Assembly: GCA_963703225.1 (NCBI GenBank)
Contig: OY969801.1
Location: 544,001-608,000 of the forward strand
DNA from: Candidatus Eiseniibacteriota bacterium
GTDB lineage: Bacteria > Eisenbacteria > RBG-16-71-46 > SZUA-252
DNA length: 64,000 nt
Direction of reading: 5' to 3'
A program made the translations under genes and the position numbers. Shown here piece by piece: positions 36,204 through 44,870 of the stretch (position 1 is the first letter of the stretch; the number at the start of each line of letters is the position of its first letter). The notes beneath the pieces are model-generated. The model worked only from the letters and a program-made list of their open reading frames with translations, was not told the origin of the DNA and searched no databases.

Positions 36204-37751
36204 ATGAATCCCCAGACCATCCCCGCCGCCACCGAACGCGCCGAGCGCGCCAGGTCAGCCGAATCCACCCCCCGCGAATACCTGAACCTGATCGGCGGGA
36301 AGTGGGTCCCCGCCCGGTCGGGGCGCAGGTTCGAGAACCGGAATCCCGCCCGTCCCTCCGATCTGATCGGCACCTTCCCCGAGTCGGGCCCCGAGGATGT
36401 CGACGCCGCCGTCCAAGCGGCCTCCAGGGCCTACCCGGCCTGGCGGCTCACCCCGGCGCCTCGGAGGGCCGAGGTCATCTACCGCGCCGCGGAGCTGCTG
36501 CGAGAACGGAAGGAAGAGCTGGCCCGGGCCATGACCCGGGAAATGGGGAAAGTGCTGGCCGAGACCCGCGGGGACGTTCAGGAGGCCATCGACATGGCCT
36601 ACTACCTGGGGGCGGAGGGGAGACGGCTATTCGGCGTCACGGTTCCCTCCGAGCTGCCCAACAAGTTCGCCATGTCGATCCGCCAGCCGCTCGGGGTCTG
36701 CGGGCTGATCACGCCCTGGAATTTCCCGATGGCGATCCCATCCTGGAAGATCTTCCCGGCGCTCGTCGCCGGGAACACGGTGGTCATCAAGCCGGCGACC
36801 GATACGCCAGCCTCGGCCCACCACCTGGTGGAGGCGCTGCTCGAGGCGGGCGCGCCTGCTGGCGTGCTCAACATCGTCCATGGCGGGGGCGCGGCGGTCG
36901 GGGTCCCGCTCACCGAGCACCCGGCCGTGAAGATGATCTCCTTCACCGGGTCCTCGGAGGTGGGGAAGACGATCGCCGAGCGGACGGCGGGATCCTTGAA
37001 GCGGCTCTCCCTAGAGCTGGGCGGGAAGAACGCCCAGATCGTGATGGAGGATGGGGACCTCGACCTCGCGGTGGAAGGCGCGCTCTGGGGCGCCTTTGGA
37101 ACGACCGGCCAGCGCTGTACGGCGACGAGCCGCCTCATCGTCATGAAGCAGGTCCACGACGAGATGGTTCGACGCCTGGCCGACCGGGCCGCCCGGCTTC
37201 GCCTGGGCGACGGGCTGGAGCCCGGCACCGAGGTGGGCCCGCTGGTCAACAGGGGGCAGCGGGATCGGATCCACTCCTACGTGGAGATCGGGAAGAAGGA
37301 GGGGGCGAAGCTCGTCGCCGGCGGGAGCCCCGCCGAGGAGGGCGCGCTCCGCGACGGTCACTTCTACAAGCCGACGATCTTTGACGGGGTGACCCCGGAA
37401 ATGCGGATCGCGGTGGAAGAGATCTTTGGACCGGTCCTTTCGATCCTCACGGTCTCCTCCCTGGAGGAGGCGATCGAAGTCCTGAACGGCACCCCCTACG
37501 GGCTCAGCTCCTCCATCTACACTCGGGACGTGAACCGGGCCATGCGGGCGATCCGCGACATCGAGGCCGGGATCACTTACATTAATGGACCGACAATCGG
37601 CGCCGAAGTGCAGCTACCCTTTGGCGGCGTGAAGGAGACCGGAAACGGCCACCGCGAGGGTGGCCCGACCGTCATCGACGCATTTACCGAGTGGAAGTCG
37701 GTCTACGTTGACTACAGCGGCAAGCTCCAGAAAGCCCAAATCGATCGCTGA
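36204..37751 (+). CDS. NAD(P)-dependent aldehyde dehydrogenase
   Basis: [41 protein letters not shown]. Confidence 0.95.
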   Translation: MNPQTIPAATERAERARSAESTPREYLNLIGGKWVPARSGRRFENRNPARPSDLIGTFPESGPEDVDAAVQAASRAYPAWRLTPAPRRAEVIYRAAELLRERKEELARAMTREMGKVLAETRGDVQEAIDMAYYLGAEGRRLFGVTVPSELPNKFAMSIRQPLGVCGLITPWNFPMAIPSWKIFPALVAGNTVVIKPATDTPASAHHLVEALLEAGAPAGVLNIVHGGGAAVGVPLTEHPAVKMISFTGSSEVGKTIAERTAGSLKRLSLELGGKNAQIVMEDGDLDLAVEGALWGAFGTTGQRCTATSRLIVMKQVHDEMVRRLADRAARLRLGDGLEPGTEVGPLVNRGQRDRIHSYVEIGKKEGAKLVAGGSPAEEGALRDGHFYKPTIFDGVTPEMRIAVEEIFGPVLSILTVSSLEEAIEVLNGTPYGLSSSIYTRDVNRAMRAIRDIEAGITYINGPTIGAEVQLPFGGVKETGNGHREGGPTVIDAFTEWKSVYVDYSGKLQKAQIDR

Positions 37752-37765
37752 TCGCGGCGCCCCGC

Positions 37766-38797
37766 TTGCGGCGGTCGCGAAGAGCGCGGCCCCGCTCGCG
37801 ACGGTTCTGCGCGCAGGCCAGGTCGAATCCGTTCATCGCGGCCACGTCGCGGTGGTCGACGCGCGCGCGCGGCTCGTCGCCTGGGCCGGCGAGCCTGACG
37901 CTCCTGATCTTTCCGCGCTCGGCATTCAAGCCCTTCCAGGCTCTTCCCCTTGTCGAGTCGGGTGCCTTTGCGCGCTCGGGTCTGGGCGCCGATGCCCTGG
38001 CGCTGATCGCGGGATCCCACAGCGGCACCGATCGCCACGCCGCCATCGCGCGCACGATTTTGGCCGCGGCCGGCGTGGACGAGTCCGCGCTTCGGTGCGG
38101 TTCTCACCCGCCCTACGACGACGCGACGGCGGAGGCGCTCCGCGCCCGCGGCGAAGCCCCGACGCCGATCCGCCACAACTGCTCGGGCAAGCACGCCGGG
38201 ATGCTGCTCTACGCCCGCGCGCTCGGAGCCCCGCTCGAGAGCTACACCGACCCTGGGCATCCTGTGCAGCGGCGGATCTTCGACCGCTTCGCCGAGCTGG
38301 TCGGGGAGGAGTTCGTCGATCCGGTCCCCGCGATCGACGGGTGCAGCGCGCCGACCCCTCGGATTCCGATCCGGACGCTCGCCTACGCGTTCGCGCTTCT
38401 CGCGCGCGGCGTCGACGGCGCGGGGAAGGATTTCCCCGCGCTGGCCCAGATCCGCGACGCGATGCGCGCCCACCCCGACCTGGTCGCGGGGGAAGGGCGC
38501 ATCGACACCCTCCTGATCCGCGCCGTGACGGGGGCGGTGGCCAAGGCCGGCGCCGAAGGGGTCCACGCGACGGGAATTCCGGAGCGGGGCATCGGGATCG
38601 CGGTCAAGGTGGAGGACGGCTCCCGGCGGGCCCTCGGGCCGGCGGTGACGTCCACCCTTCAAGAGCTGGGCGTGATCGGCGAAGCCGAGCGCCAGGCCCT
38701 GGCGCGGCATGCGGGCGAGCGGCTTCGGAACGCCGCGGGGATCGATGTCGGCGAGATTCGAGGAGTGGCGCGCCTCGAGCAGGGGGACAAAAGGTGA
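37766..38797 (+). CDS. L-asparaginase II family (Rhizobium AnsA-type), frameshifted near 37900, start uncertain
   Basis: VESVHRGH in one frame, then RSAFKPFQA, ASHSG-like GSHSG, HNCSGKH, DGCSAP, KAGAEGV, KVEDG in the next frame. Confidence 0.85.
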   Translation: MRRSRRARPRSRRFCAQARSNPFIAATSRWSTRARGSSPGPASLTLLIFPRSAFKPFQALPLVESGAFARSGLGADALALIAGSHSGTDRHAAIARTILAAAGVDESALRCGSHPPYDDATAEALRARGEAPTPIRHNCSGKHAGMLLYARALGAPLESYTDPGHPVQRRIFDRFAELVGEEFVDPVPAIDGCSAPTPRIPIRTLAYAFALLARGVDGAGKDFPALAQIRDAMRAHPDLVAGEGRIDTLLIRAVTGAVAKAGAEGVHATGIPERGIGIAVKVEDGSRRALGPAVTSTLQELGVIGEAERQALARHAGERLRNAAGIDVGEIRGVARLEQGDKR

Positions 38798-41679
38798 GCG
38801 CGCCGAAGGTGGAGGCCACCCCCAGCGTGAAGCCCGCACGGACCGAGCCCGTGGTGGATCGACCGCAGAACGTCTACTTCTTCGGCGACGGCCGCGCGGA
38901 GGGGAGCGCCCGGATGCGGGACCTCCTGGGCGGAAAGGGCGCGGGGCTCGCCGAGATGACCAACGCGGGCATCCCCGTTCCGCCCGGATATACGATCACC
39001 ACCGCGGCCTGCCGGCAGTTCTTCGAAGCGGGCGGCCGACTCCTCGACTCGATCGTCCAGGAAGAGGAGCAAGCGCTCCGACGCCTGGAGCGCTATCTCG
39101 GCCGCCGCCTGGGAGACCCCGAAAACCCGCTTCTCGTTTCCGTCCGGTCGGGAGCACCTCTCTCGATGCCGGGGATGATGGACACGGTCCTGAATCTGGG
39201 TCTCAACGATCAGACGGTCGAGGGAATCGTCCAGCGGAGCCAAAGCCCCCGATTCGCCTACGACAGCTATCGGCGCTTCATCCAGATGTATTCCGACGTG
39301 GTGCTCGGAATCCCGCGCTCGCGCTTCGAGCGGGAGCTGACCCGGACCAAGGCGCGCTCGCGCGTGGTGCTCGATGTCGACCTGACTCCCGAGCAGCTCC
39401 GCGGCCTCGTCGAGCGTTTCAAGAAGATCGTCCGCCGGGAGATCGGCGTCGACTTCCCGCAGGACGCGCGGGCCCAGCTGGCCGGAGCGCGGGACGCCGT
39501 CTTTCGCTCCTGGAACGGCGAGCGGGCGGTCCACTACCGCCGCATCCACGGCATCGGCGACGAGGTGGGCACCGCCGTCACCGTTCAGGCCATGGTCTTC
39601 GGGAATCTCGGCGCTTCGTCCGCCACGGGGGTGGGCTTCACGCGCGACCCGGCGACGGGCGAGCCGCGCTTCTACGGCGAGTACCTCCTGAACGCGCAGG
39701 GGGAGGACGTGGTCGCCGGGATCCGCACGCCCCGTCCGATCGAGGAAATGGAGCGCGAGCTGCCGGAGGCGTACGCCCAGCTTCGCGAGATCACCTCGCG
39801 GCTCGAGCGCCATTACCGCGACGTCCAGGATTTTGAATTCACGGTCGAGGAGGGGCGGCTCTTCATGCTCCAGACCCGGCGCGCCGCGCGCACGGGGATC
39901 GCCGCGCTCCGGATCGCCGTCGAGATGGTGGAGGAAGGGCTCCTCTCCAAGCGCGAGGCGATCGAGCGGGTCGAGCCGGAGCATCTCGACCAGGTGCTCC
40001 ATCCGGTCTTGGACCCGACGGCCCGGCGCCGGCACGAGCGGGTCGCGACGGGGCTCCCCGCCTCGCCCGGCGCCGCCGCGGGCGCGATCGTCTTCACGTC
40101 GGAGGAAGCGGCGCGCCGGGGCGCGAAGGAGCGGGTGATCCTCTTGCGGGCCGAGACCTCGCCCGACGACATCGCGGGGATGCACGCCGCGCAGGGGATT
40201 CTGACCGCGACGGGCGGCATGACGTCCCACGCGGCCGTGGTCGCGCGGGGCATGGGGAAGTGCTGCGTCGTCGGCTGCTCGGCGCTCTTGATCGACGAAG
40301 CGACGAGGACGGTCAAGGTCGGGGGGCGTCTGATCCGCGAGGGCGCCTTTCTCTCCCTCGACGGCTCGAAGGGGGAGGTGCTCCTGGGCGACGTGCCCAC
40401 CTCCGACTCCGACGTGGTGCGGGTTCTCACGGGGCGGCTCAAGCCCGCGCAGTCGCCTCTCTATCAATGCTTCGAGCGGCTCACGGCCTGGTGCGACGAG
40501 GAGCGGCGGCTTCGCGTCCGCGCGAACGCCGACATCCCGCGGGACGCCAAGATCGCGCGCCAATTGGGCGCCGAGGGGATCGGTCTCTGCCGCACCGAGC
40601 ACATGTTCTTCGCGCCCGAGCGGATTCCCCACGTCGTGACCATGATCCTGAACGCACAGCACGCGCGGGACGCCGAGGTGCGGATCGAGCGGCTCAAGAC
40701 GGAGCTCGCCGAGGCACCGCGGTCGGAGCGGCCCCGTTTGAAGAAGGAGCTGGAGCGGGAGCGCCGCGAGGGGCGGGAGCCAATCGCCGCCTTCAAGGGG
40801 GCTCTGGCCAAGCTGCTCCCCCTCCAGAGAGCCGATTTCAAGGGGCTCTTCCTGGCCATGGAGGGCTGCCCGGTCACGATCCGCACGCTCGACCCGCCGC
40901 TCCACGAGTTCCTGCCCAAGCGGGAACAGCTGGAGAGGGAGATCGCGGCGCTCAAGCGGGCGCCGAAGGGCGATCCGAGGCGCGGTCGGCTCACGCGCAC
41001 GCTGGCCCGAGTCGAGGAGCTCCACGAATTCAACCCGATGCTGGGCTTTCGCGGCTGTCGGCTGGGCATCCTCCATCCCGAAATCACGCGGATGCAGGCG
41101 CGCGCCATCTTCGAAGCGGCGGCCCAGGTTCTCAAGGCGGGGAAGCGGGTGATTCCCGAGATCATGATCCCGTTGGTCGGCGACCCCGAGGAGTTGAGGC
41201 GGCAGCGCGCGGTGGTGGAGACGGTCGCCGCCGAGGTGGCGCGGCGGACCAAGATCGCGATCCCCCACACGATCGGGACGATGATCGAGGTGCCGCGGGC
41301 CGCCATCTTGGCCGACGAGATCGCGGCGCACGCAGACTTCTTCTCCTTCGGCACCAACGATCTCACCCAGATGACCTTTGGCTATTCGCGGGACGATTCG
41401 GGGCGATTCCTCCCGGAATACGTGGAGACCGGAATCCTCCGCCAGGATCCATTCGTCTCGATCGACACGCGGGGCGTGGGCACGCTGCTCCAGCGGGCCG
41501 CGTTCGCGGGCCGCCGCGCCAAGCCCGGGCTCAAGATCGGGATCTGCGGGGAGCACGGCGGCGATCCCACATCGATCGCGTTCTTCGAGATGGTGGGGCT
41601 CGACTACGTCTCGTGCAGCCCCTTCCGGATTCCCCTGGCACGCCTCGCCGCAGCCCGCGCCGCCCTCAAGCGGGCGTGA
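38794..41679 (+). CDS. ppdK: Pyruvate, phosphate dikinase
   Basis: LLGGKGAGLAEM, VSVRSGA..SMPGMMDT, GGMTSHAAVVARG, GIGLCRTEHMF, SFGTNDLTQ, GICGEHGGDP. Confidence 0.97.
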   Translation: MSAPKVEATPSVKPARTEPVVDRPQNVYFFGDGRAEGSARMRDLLGGKGAGLAEMTNAGIPVPPGYTITTAACRQFFEAGGRLLDSIVQEEEQALRRLERYLGRRLGDPENPLLVSVRSGAPLSMPGMMDTVLNLGLNDQTVEGIVQRSQSPRFAYDSYRRFIQMYSDVVLGIPRSRFERELTRTKARSRVVLDVDLTPEQLRGLVERFKKIVRREIGVDFPQDARAQLAGARDAVFRSWNGERAVHYRRIHGIGDEVGTAVTVQAMVFGNLGASSATGVGFTRDPATGEPRFYGEYLLNAQGEDVVAGIRTPRPIEEMERELPEAYAQLREITSRLERHYRDVQDFEFTVEEGRLFMLQTRRAARTGIAALRIAVEMVEEGLLSKREAIERVEPEHLDQVLHPVLDPTARRRHERVATGLPASPGAAAGAIVFTSEEAARRGAKERVILLRAETSPDDIAGMHAAQGILTATGGMTSHAAVVARGMGKCCVVGCSALLIDEATRTVKVGGRLIREGAFLSLDGSKGEVLLGDVPTSDSDVVRVLTGRLKPAQSPLYQCFERLTAWCDEERRLRVRANADIPRDAKIARQLGAEGIGLCRTEHMFFAPERIPHVVTMILNAQHARDAEVRIERLKTELAEAPRSERPRLKKELERERREGREPIAAFKGALAKLLPLQRADFKGLFLAMEGCPVTIRTLDPPLHEFLPKREQLEREIAALKRAPKGDPRRGRLTRTLARVEELHEFNPMLGFRGCRLGILHPEITRMQARAIFEAAAQVLKAGKRVIPEIMIPLVGDPEELRRQRAVVETVAAEVARRTKIAIPHTIGTMIEVPRAAILADEIAAHADFFSFGTNDLTQMTFGYSRDDSGRFLPEYVETGILRQDPFVSIDTRGVGTLLQRAAFAGRRAKPGLKIGICGEHGGDPTSIAFFEMVGLDYVSCSPFRIPLARLAAARAALKRA

Positions 41680-42404
41680 CCGTCGACGCGCTCATCCCCG
41701 CCCTGGACGAAGCGGGGGCGATCGGGCTGGTGCTCGACGCCCTCCCGCGTCCTCTGATCCGCCGGGCGATCGTGTGCGACAACGGATCGTCCGACCATAC
41801 CGCCGAGATCGCCCGGGCGCGCGGCGCCACGGTCGTGAGCGAGCCGAGACGCGGCTATGGCGCGGCCTGCCTTCGTGGCCTCGCCGAGCTGGCGAACGAT
41901 CCGCCGGACGTGGTGCTCTTCTTGGACGGCGACCTGAGCGACGATCCGGCCGAAGCCGCGCAAGTCCTGGCGCCGATCCTTGCCGGCCGGGCCGATCTCG
42001 TGATTGGCTCCCGCGCTCTGGGCAAGCGGGAGCGCGGCGCGCTCACGCCGCAAGCGCGCTTCGGGAATTGGCTCGCAACCCGGCTCCTCCGCGTCCTGTA
42101 TGGAGCCCATTTCACCGATCTCGGGCCGTTCCGGGCGATTCGCTATCCATCCCTCGTCGCGCTCGTCATGCGCGATCGGGATTTTGGCTGGACGGTGGAG
42201 ATGCAGGTGAAAGCCGCGCGAGCGCGGATTCGTACTGAGGAGGTTCCGGTGCGCTACCGGCGTCGTATCGGTCGGTCCAAAATTTCCGGCACCATCTCGG
42301 GAAGCTTTCAGGCCGGTTCCAGGATTCTCGGCACGATCGCGGCCGATTATCTCCGCGGCGGTCCGCCGGCTCACGGACGGGAACACGAGGGCGTGGCGCC
42401 TTGA
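41676..42404 (+). CDS. Glycosyltransferase family 2
   Basis: IPALDE, DNGSSD, RGYGAAC, FLDGD, TDLGPFRAI, WTVEMQ. Confidence 0.88.
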   Translation: MTVDALIPALDEAGAIGLVLDALPRPLIRRAIVCDNGSSDHTAEIARARGATVVSEPRRGYGAACLRGLAELANDPPDVVLFLDGDLSDDPAEAAQVLAPILAGRADLVIGSRALGKRERGALTPQARFGNWLATRLLRVLYGAHFTDLGPFRAIRYPSLVALVMRDRDFGWTVEMQVKAARARIRTEEVPVRYRRRIGRSKISGTISGSFQAGSRILGTIAADYLRGGPPAHGREHEGVAP

Positions 42405-43630
42405 CCCTCTGTCCCCGCGCGGGGTACCATTTGCGAATCTTGCGACCGTCCGGCGCCATCGTAGTGATTCTGGCCTCGCTCTTCGCCATGGCGCCGGCCG
42501 CGGCTGCGTACACTCCGCCCCCGCTCTTCCGTGGCAATCCCAACATCCAGGGCTCGGAAACCTGCAGGGAGTGTCACCTCGACATCACCGAGCAGTGGAA
42601 GCGCTCGGCCCACTCCAAGGCGGACCGTTCCAAGAACTTGCTGTTCGGCCGGATGTATTTCCAATCGCTCAAGATCACGCGGGGCGGAACGATGCTCGCG
42701 TGCGGCCCATGCCACGAGACCGTCCCCTTCGTGAACCAGGACTTCAACCTCCTGCGCTCCGTCTCCCTGGAGGGCGTCGCCTGCGCCTATTGCCACGCGG
42801 TCTCGGGCCCAGGCGTATCCACCGGGGTGCCGCCCTACACGCTCGACCTGGCGAACTACTCCGGGACGATCCGGAACCCGACCTTCACCAACTCGCACGG
42901 GTCGGCCTACAGCGCCTATTACCTGACCTCGGAGTACTGCGGCGCCTGCCACGACTACAAGAATCAGAACGGGGTGCAGATCAGCACGACCTTCGCGGAG
43001 TGGAAGAAATCGAAATACGCGAAGCAAGGGGTCACCTGCCAATCGTGTCACATGCCGGGCGCACCGGGCCGCAACTCGTACCTGGGGCCGGCGCGTCCGA
43101 GAGTGGCCAACCACGCGTTCGATCGCGACATGCTTCTTCAGGCGAGGCCCGCTTCGCCGCCGGGCCTGACGCTCCGCGCGCAGCGCGTGCGCACGGGGGA
43201 CTCGCTCCGCGTCTTCGCGACGGTCTCCAATAACGGCTGGGGCCACTCGCTTCCCACGGGGAACGATCAGAAGATCGCGGTGATCCGGATCCGGGTCCTA
43301 TCGGAATCGGGAGGCATCCTCTGGGAAAACGATCCCTTCGCCGAGTGGGGCGTCTCGATCTTCGGGGTTATCCTCGCGGACGAGTTGGGCAGCTGGCCGG
43401 CCGAGACGTGGACGGCGACGAGCATCCTCTCCGATCGCCGGATCAAGGCGGGGGGGAGCGCGACCGCCCGGTACGACGTGCCCGTCGGCGACCAGAAGGG
43501 GCCCTACAAGGTCGAAGCGCAGTTCATCTACCGCGCCTCGAGGCCCAACACGATCGAAACGTACGGTCTCAACGAGGAGATCTACGGGGGCGAGCGTGTG
43601 CTGGCCGAGGCGTCCCTCCGGGTGCCCTAG
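42401..43630 (+). CDS. Periplasmic pentaheme cytochrome c with C-terminal beta-sandwich (start may be 42431/42440)
   Basis: Five CxxCH motifs (CRECH, CGPCH, CAYCH, CGACH, CQSCH), a signal peptide, and GHSLPTG. Confidence 0.85.
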   Translation: MTLCPRAGYHLRILRPSGAIVVILASLFAMAPAAAAYTPPPLFRGNPNIQGSETCRECHLDITEQWKRSAHSKADRSKNLLFGRMYFQSLKITRGGTMLACGPCHETVPFVNQDFNLLRSVSLEGVACAYCHAVSGPGVSTGVPPYTLDLANYSGTIRNPTFTNSHGSAYSAYYLTSEYCGACHDYKNQNGVQISTTFAEWKKSKYAKQGVTCQSCHMPGAPGRNSYLGPARPRVANHAFDRDMLLQARPASPPGLTLRAQRVRTGDSLRVFATVSNNGWGHSLPTGNDQKIAVIRIRVLSESGGILWENDPFAEWGVSIFGVILADELGSWPAETWTATSILSDRRIKAGGSATARYDVPVGDQKGPYKVEAQFIYRASRPNTIETYGLNEEIYGGERVLAEASLRVP

Positions 43631-43633
43631 GCC

Positions 43634-44569
43634 ATGTTCGCCGAAGATCTCCTCAGGGATCTGAGGCGCGGAGGCTACGCGCCTCATGCCGTGGGGACGT
43701 ACATCCGGAGGATCTTCGGCCGCGTCGTCACCCGCCTTCCCCGCCACCCGGAGCTTGTCCGCTCGGTGGCCGCGACCGCGCTCGTTCTCTTCGCCATCCA
43801 GTTCGGCGGCGCCCTGCTCCTCTCGTGGGCGTACGGGAGAAGCGTCGGGGTGTCCTACCTCGTGGCGTCGAGCGCGGTGCTGCTCTTGGTGTCGTTCTGG
43901 TTGCTGACCCATGTCGGACTGGTCCACGCCACCCGCGACGAACGGCCGATGCGCCGCATCCCGTTTCCGGTCGTGCTCACGATGCTGCGGCTGGTCTCGA
44001 TTCCCGCGATCGTGCTGCTCATTGAAAACCGCGCGTGGCACGCCGTGGTTTGGCTGTTCGCGGTGAGCGCCTCGACCGACGTGATCGACGGCGTGCTGGC
44101 GCGCGCGTTCGGATCGGAGTCGCGTGTCGGGTCGGTCCTCGATCCGCTCGTCGACATCGCCTTCAACTCCTCCGTGTTCGTGACGCTTTCCTTGGCCGGC
44201 GAGCTGCCCTGGTGGGTCTCCGCGCTGATGCTGGCGCGCTACGGGCTCCTGGTGGCGGGAACGTTCTACCTCTACGTCTTCCGCGGGCCGGTCCGCATCC
44301 AGCCGACCGCGTTCGGCAAGCTGACGGGCGTGCTGACGACCGTGCTCCTCGGGCTCCTGCTCCTGGGCCTCGCGTCCTGGAGCCAGGCGATGCGGGTTCG
44401 ATTGAAGGAGGTCTTCGACGTCGGGCTGGGCGTCCTGGCATTCGCCACGATCATCCAGGTCATCTTCATCGGGCTCGCCAACAAGAAGGCGCTCGAGCGG
44501 GAGCCCGCCGCGGAGGATGCGCCTCGAACCGGGAAGATCGTCGGGGACGTCCGCTGGCCGCGAGGGTAG
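43634..44569 (+). CDS. CDP-alcohol phosphatidyltransferase family protein
   Basis: TDVIDGVLAR..G..S.VGSVLDPLVD signature and multiple TM helices. Confidence 0.9.
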   Translation: MFAEDLLRDLRRGGYAPHAVGTYIRRIFGRVVTRLPRHPELVRSVAATALVLFAIQFGGALLLSWAYGRSVGVSYLVASSAVLLLVSFWLLTHVGLVHATRDERPMRRIPFPVVLTMLRLVSIPAIVLLIENRAWHAVVWLFAVSASTDVIDGVLARAFGSESRVGSVLDPLVDIAFNSSVFVTLSLAGELPWWVSALMLARYGLLVAGTFYLYVFRGPVRIQPTAFGKLTGVLTTVLLGLLLLGLASWSQAMRVRLKEVFDVGLGVLAFATIIQVIFIGLANKKALEREPAAEDAPRTGKIVGDVRWPRG

Positions 44570-44655
44570 CGCCGCGGCCCAATCCAATCCGACCGGTCCG
44601 AGTTCTCCCGCCTCACTCTTAGCCCTCTCCTCCTAGCGGCACCAATCCGCACTCT

Positions 44656-44674
44656 GCATTGCGAATTGCAATGC
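44656..44674. promoter_or_regulatory. Palindrome, candidate enhancer (UAS) for a sigma54 activator
   Basis: GCATTGC-GAATT-GCAATGC, about 115-130 bp upstream of the -24 element. Confidence 0.5.
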
Positions 44675-44786
44675 CCGGGAGCGGACGGGGACCCGCCCCG
44701 GAACCCATTCCCCGCAAAGGGCTTCCAAGAGCCCATTTCCCAGTCGATTGCCTCCCCGCGCACGCGGCGTGCCGGCCCCCCCCGCG

Positions 44787-44801
44787 TGGCATGTCTCTTG
44801 C
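44787..44801 (+). promoter_or_regulatory. sigma54 (-24/-12) promoter
   Basis: TGGCAT-GTCTC-TTGC with exact GG-N10-GC spacing, 70 bp upstream of the giant ORF. Confidence 0.6.
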
Positions 44802-44870
44802 GGTCCGGCGGGCGTGTAAGTCCCTGGGGCACAACGGAAGACCCTCCCACCACGGAGCCACAACTCGGCG

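Noticed and set aside
37660..41679. 1339-aa apparent asparaginase-PPDK fusion ORF
   Set aside because: Artefact of the frameshift near 37900. Asparaginase ends at 38797 in another frame and ppdK starts at GTG 38794.
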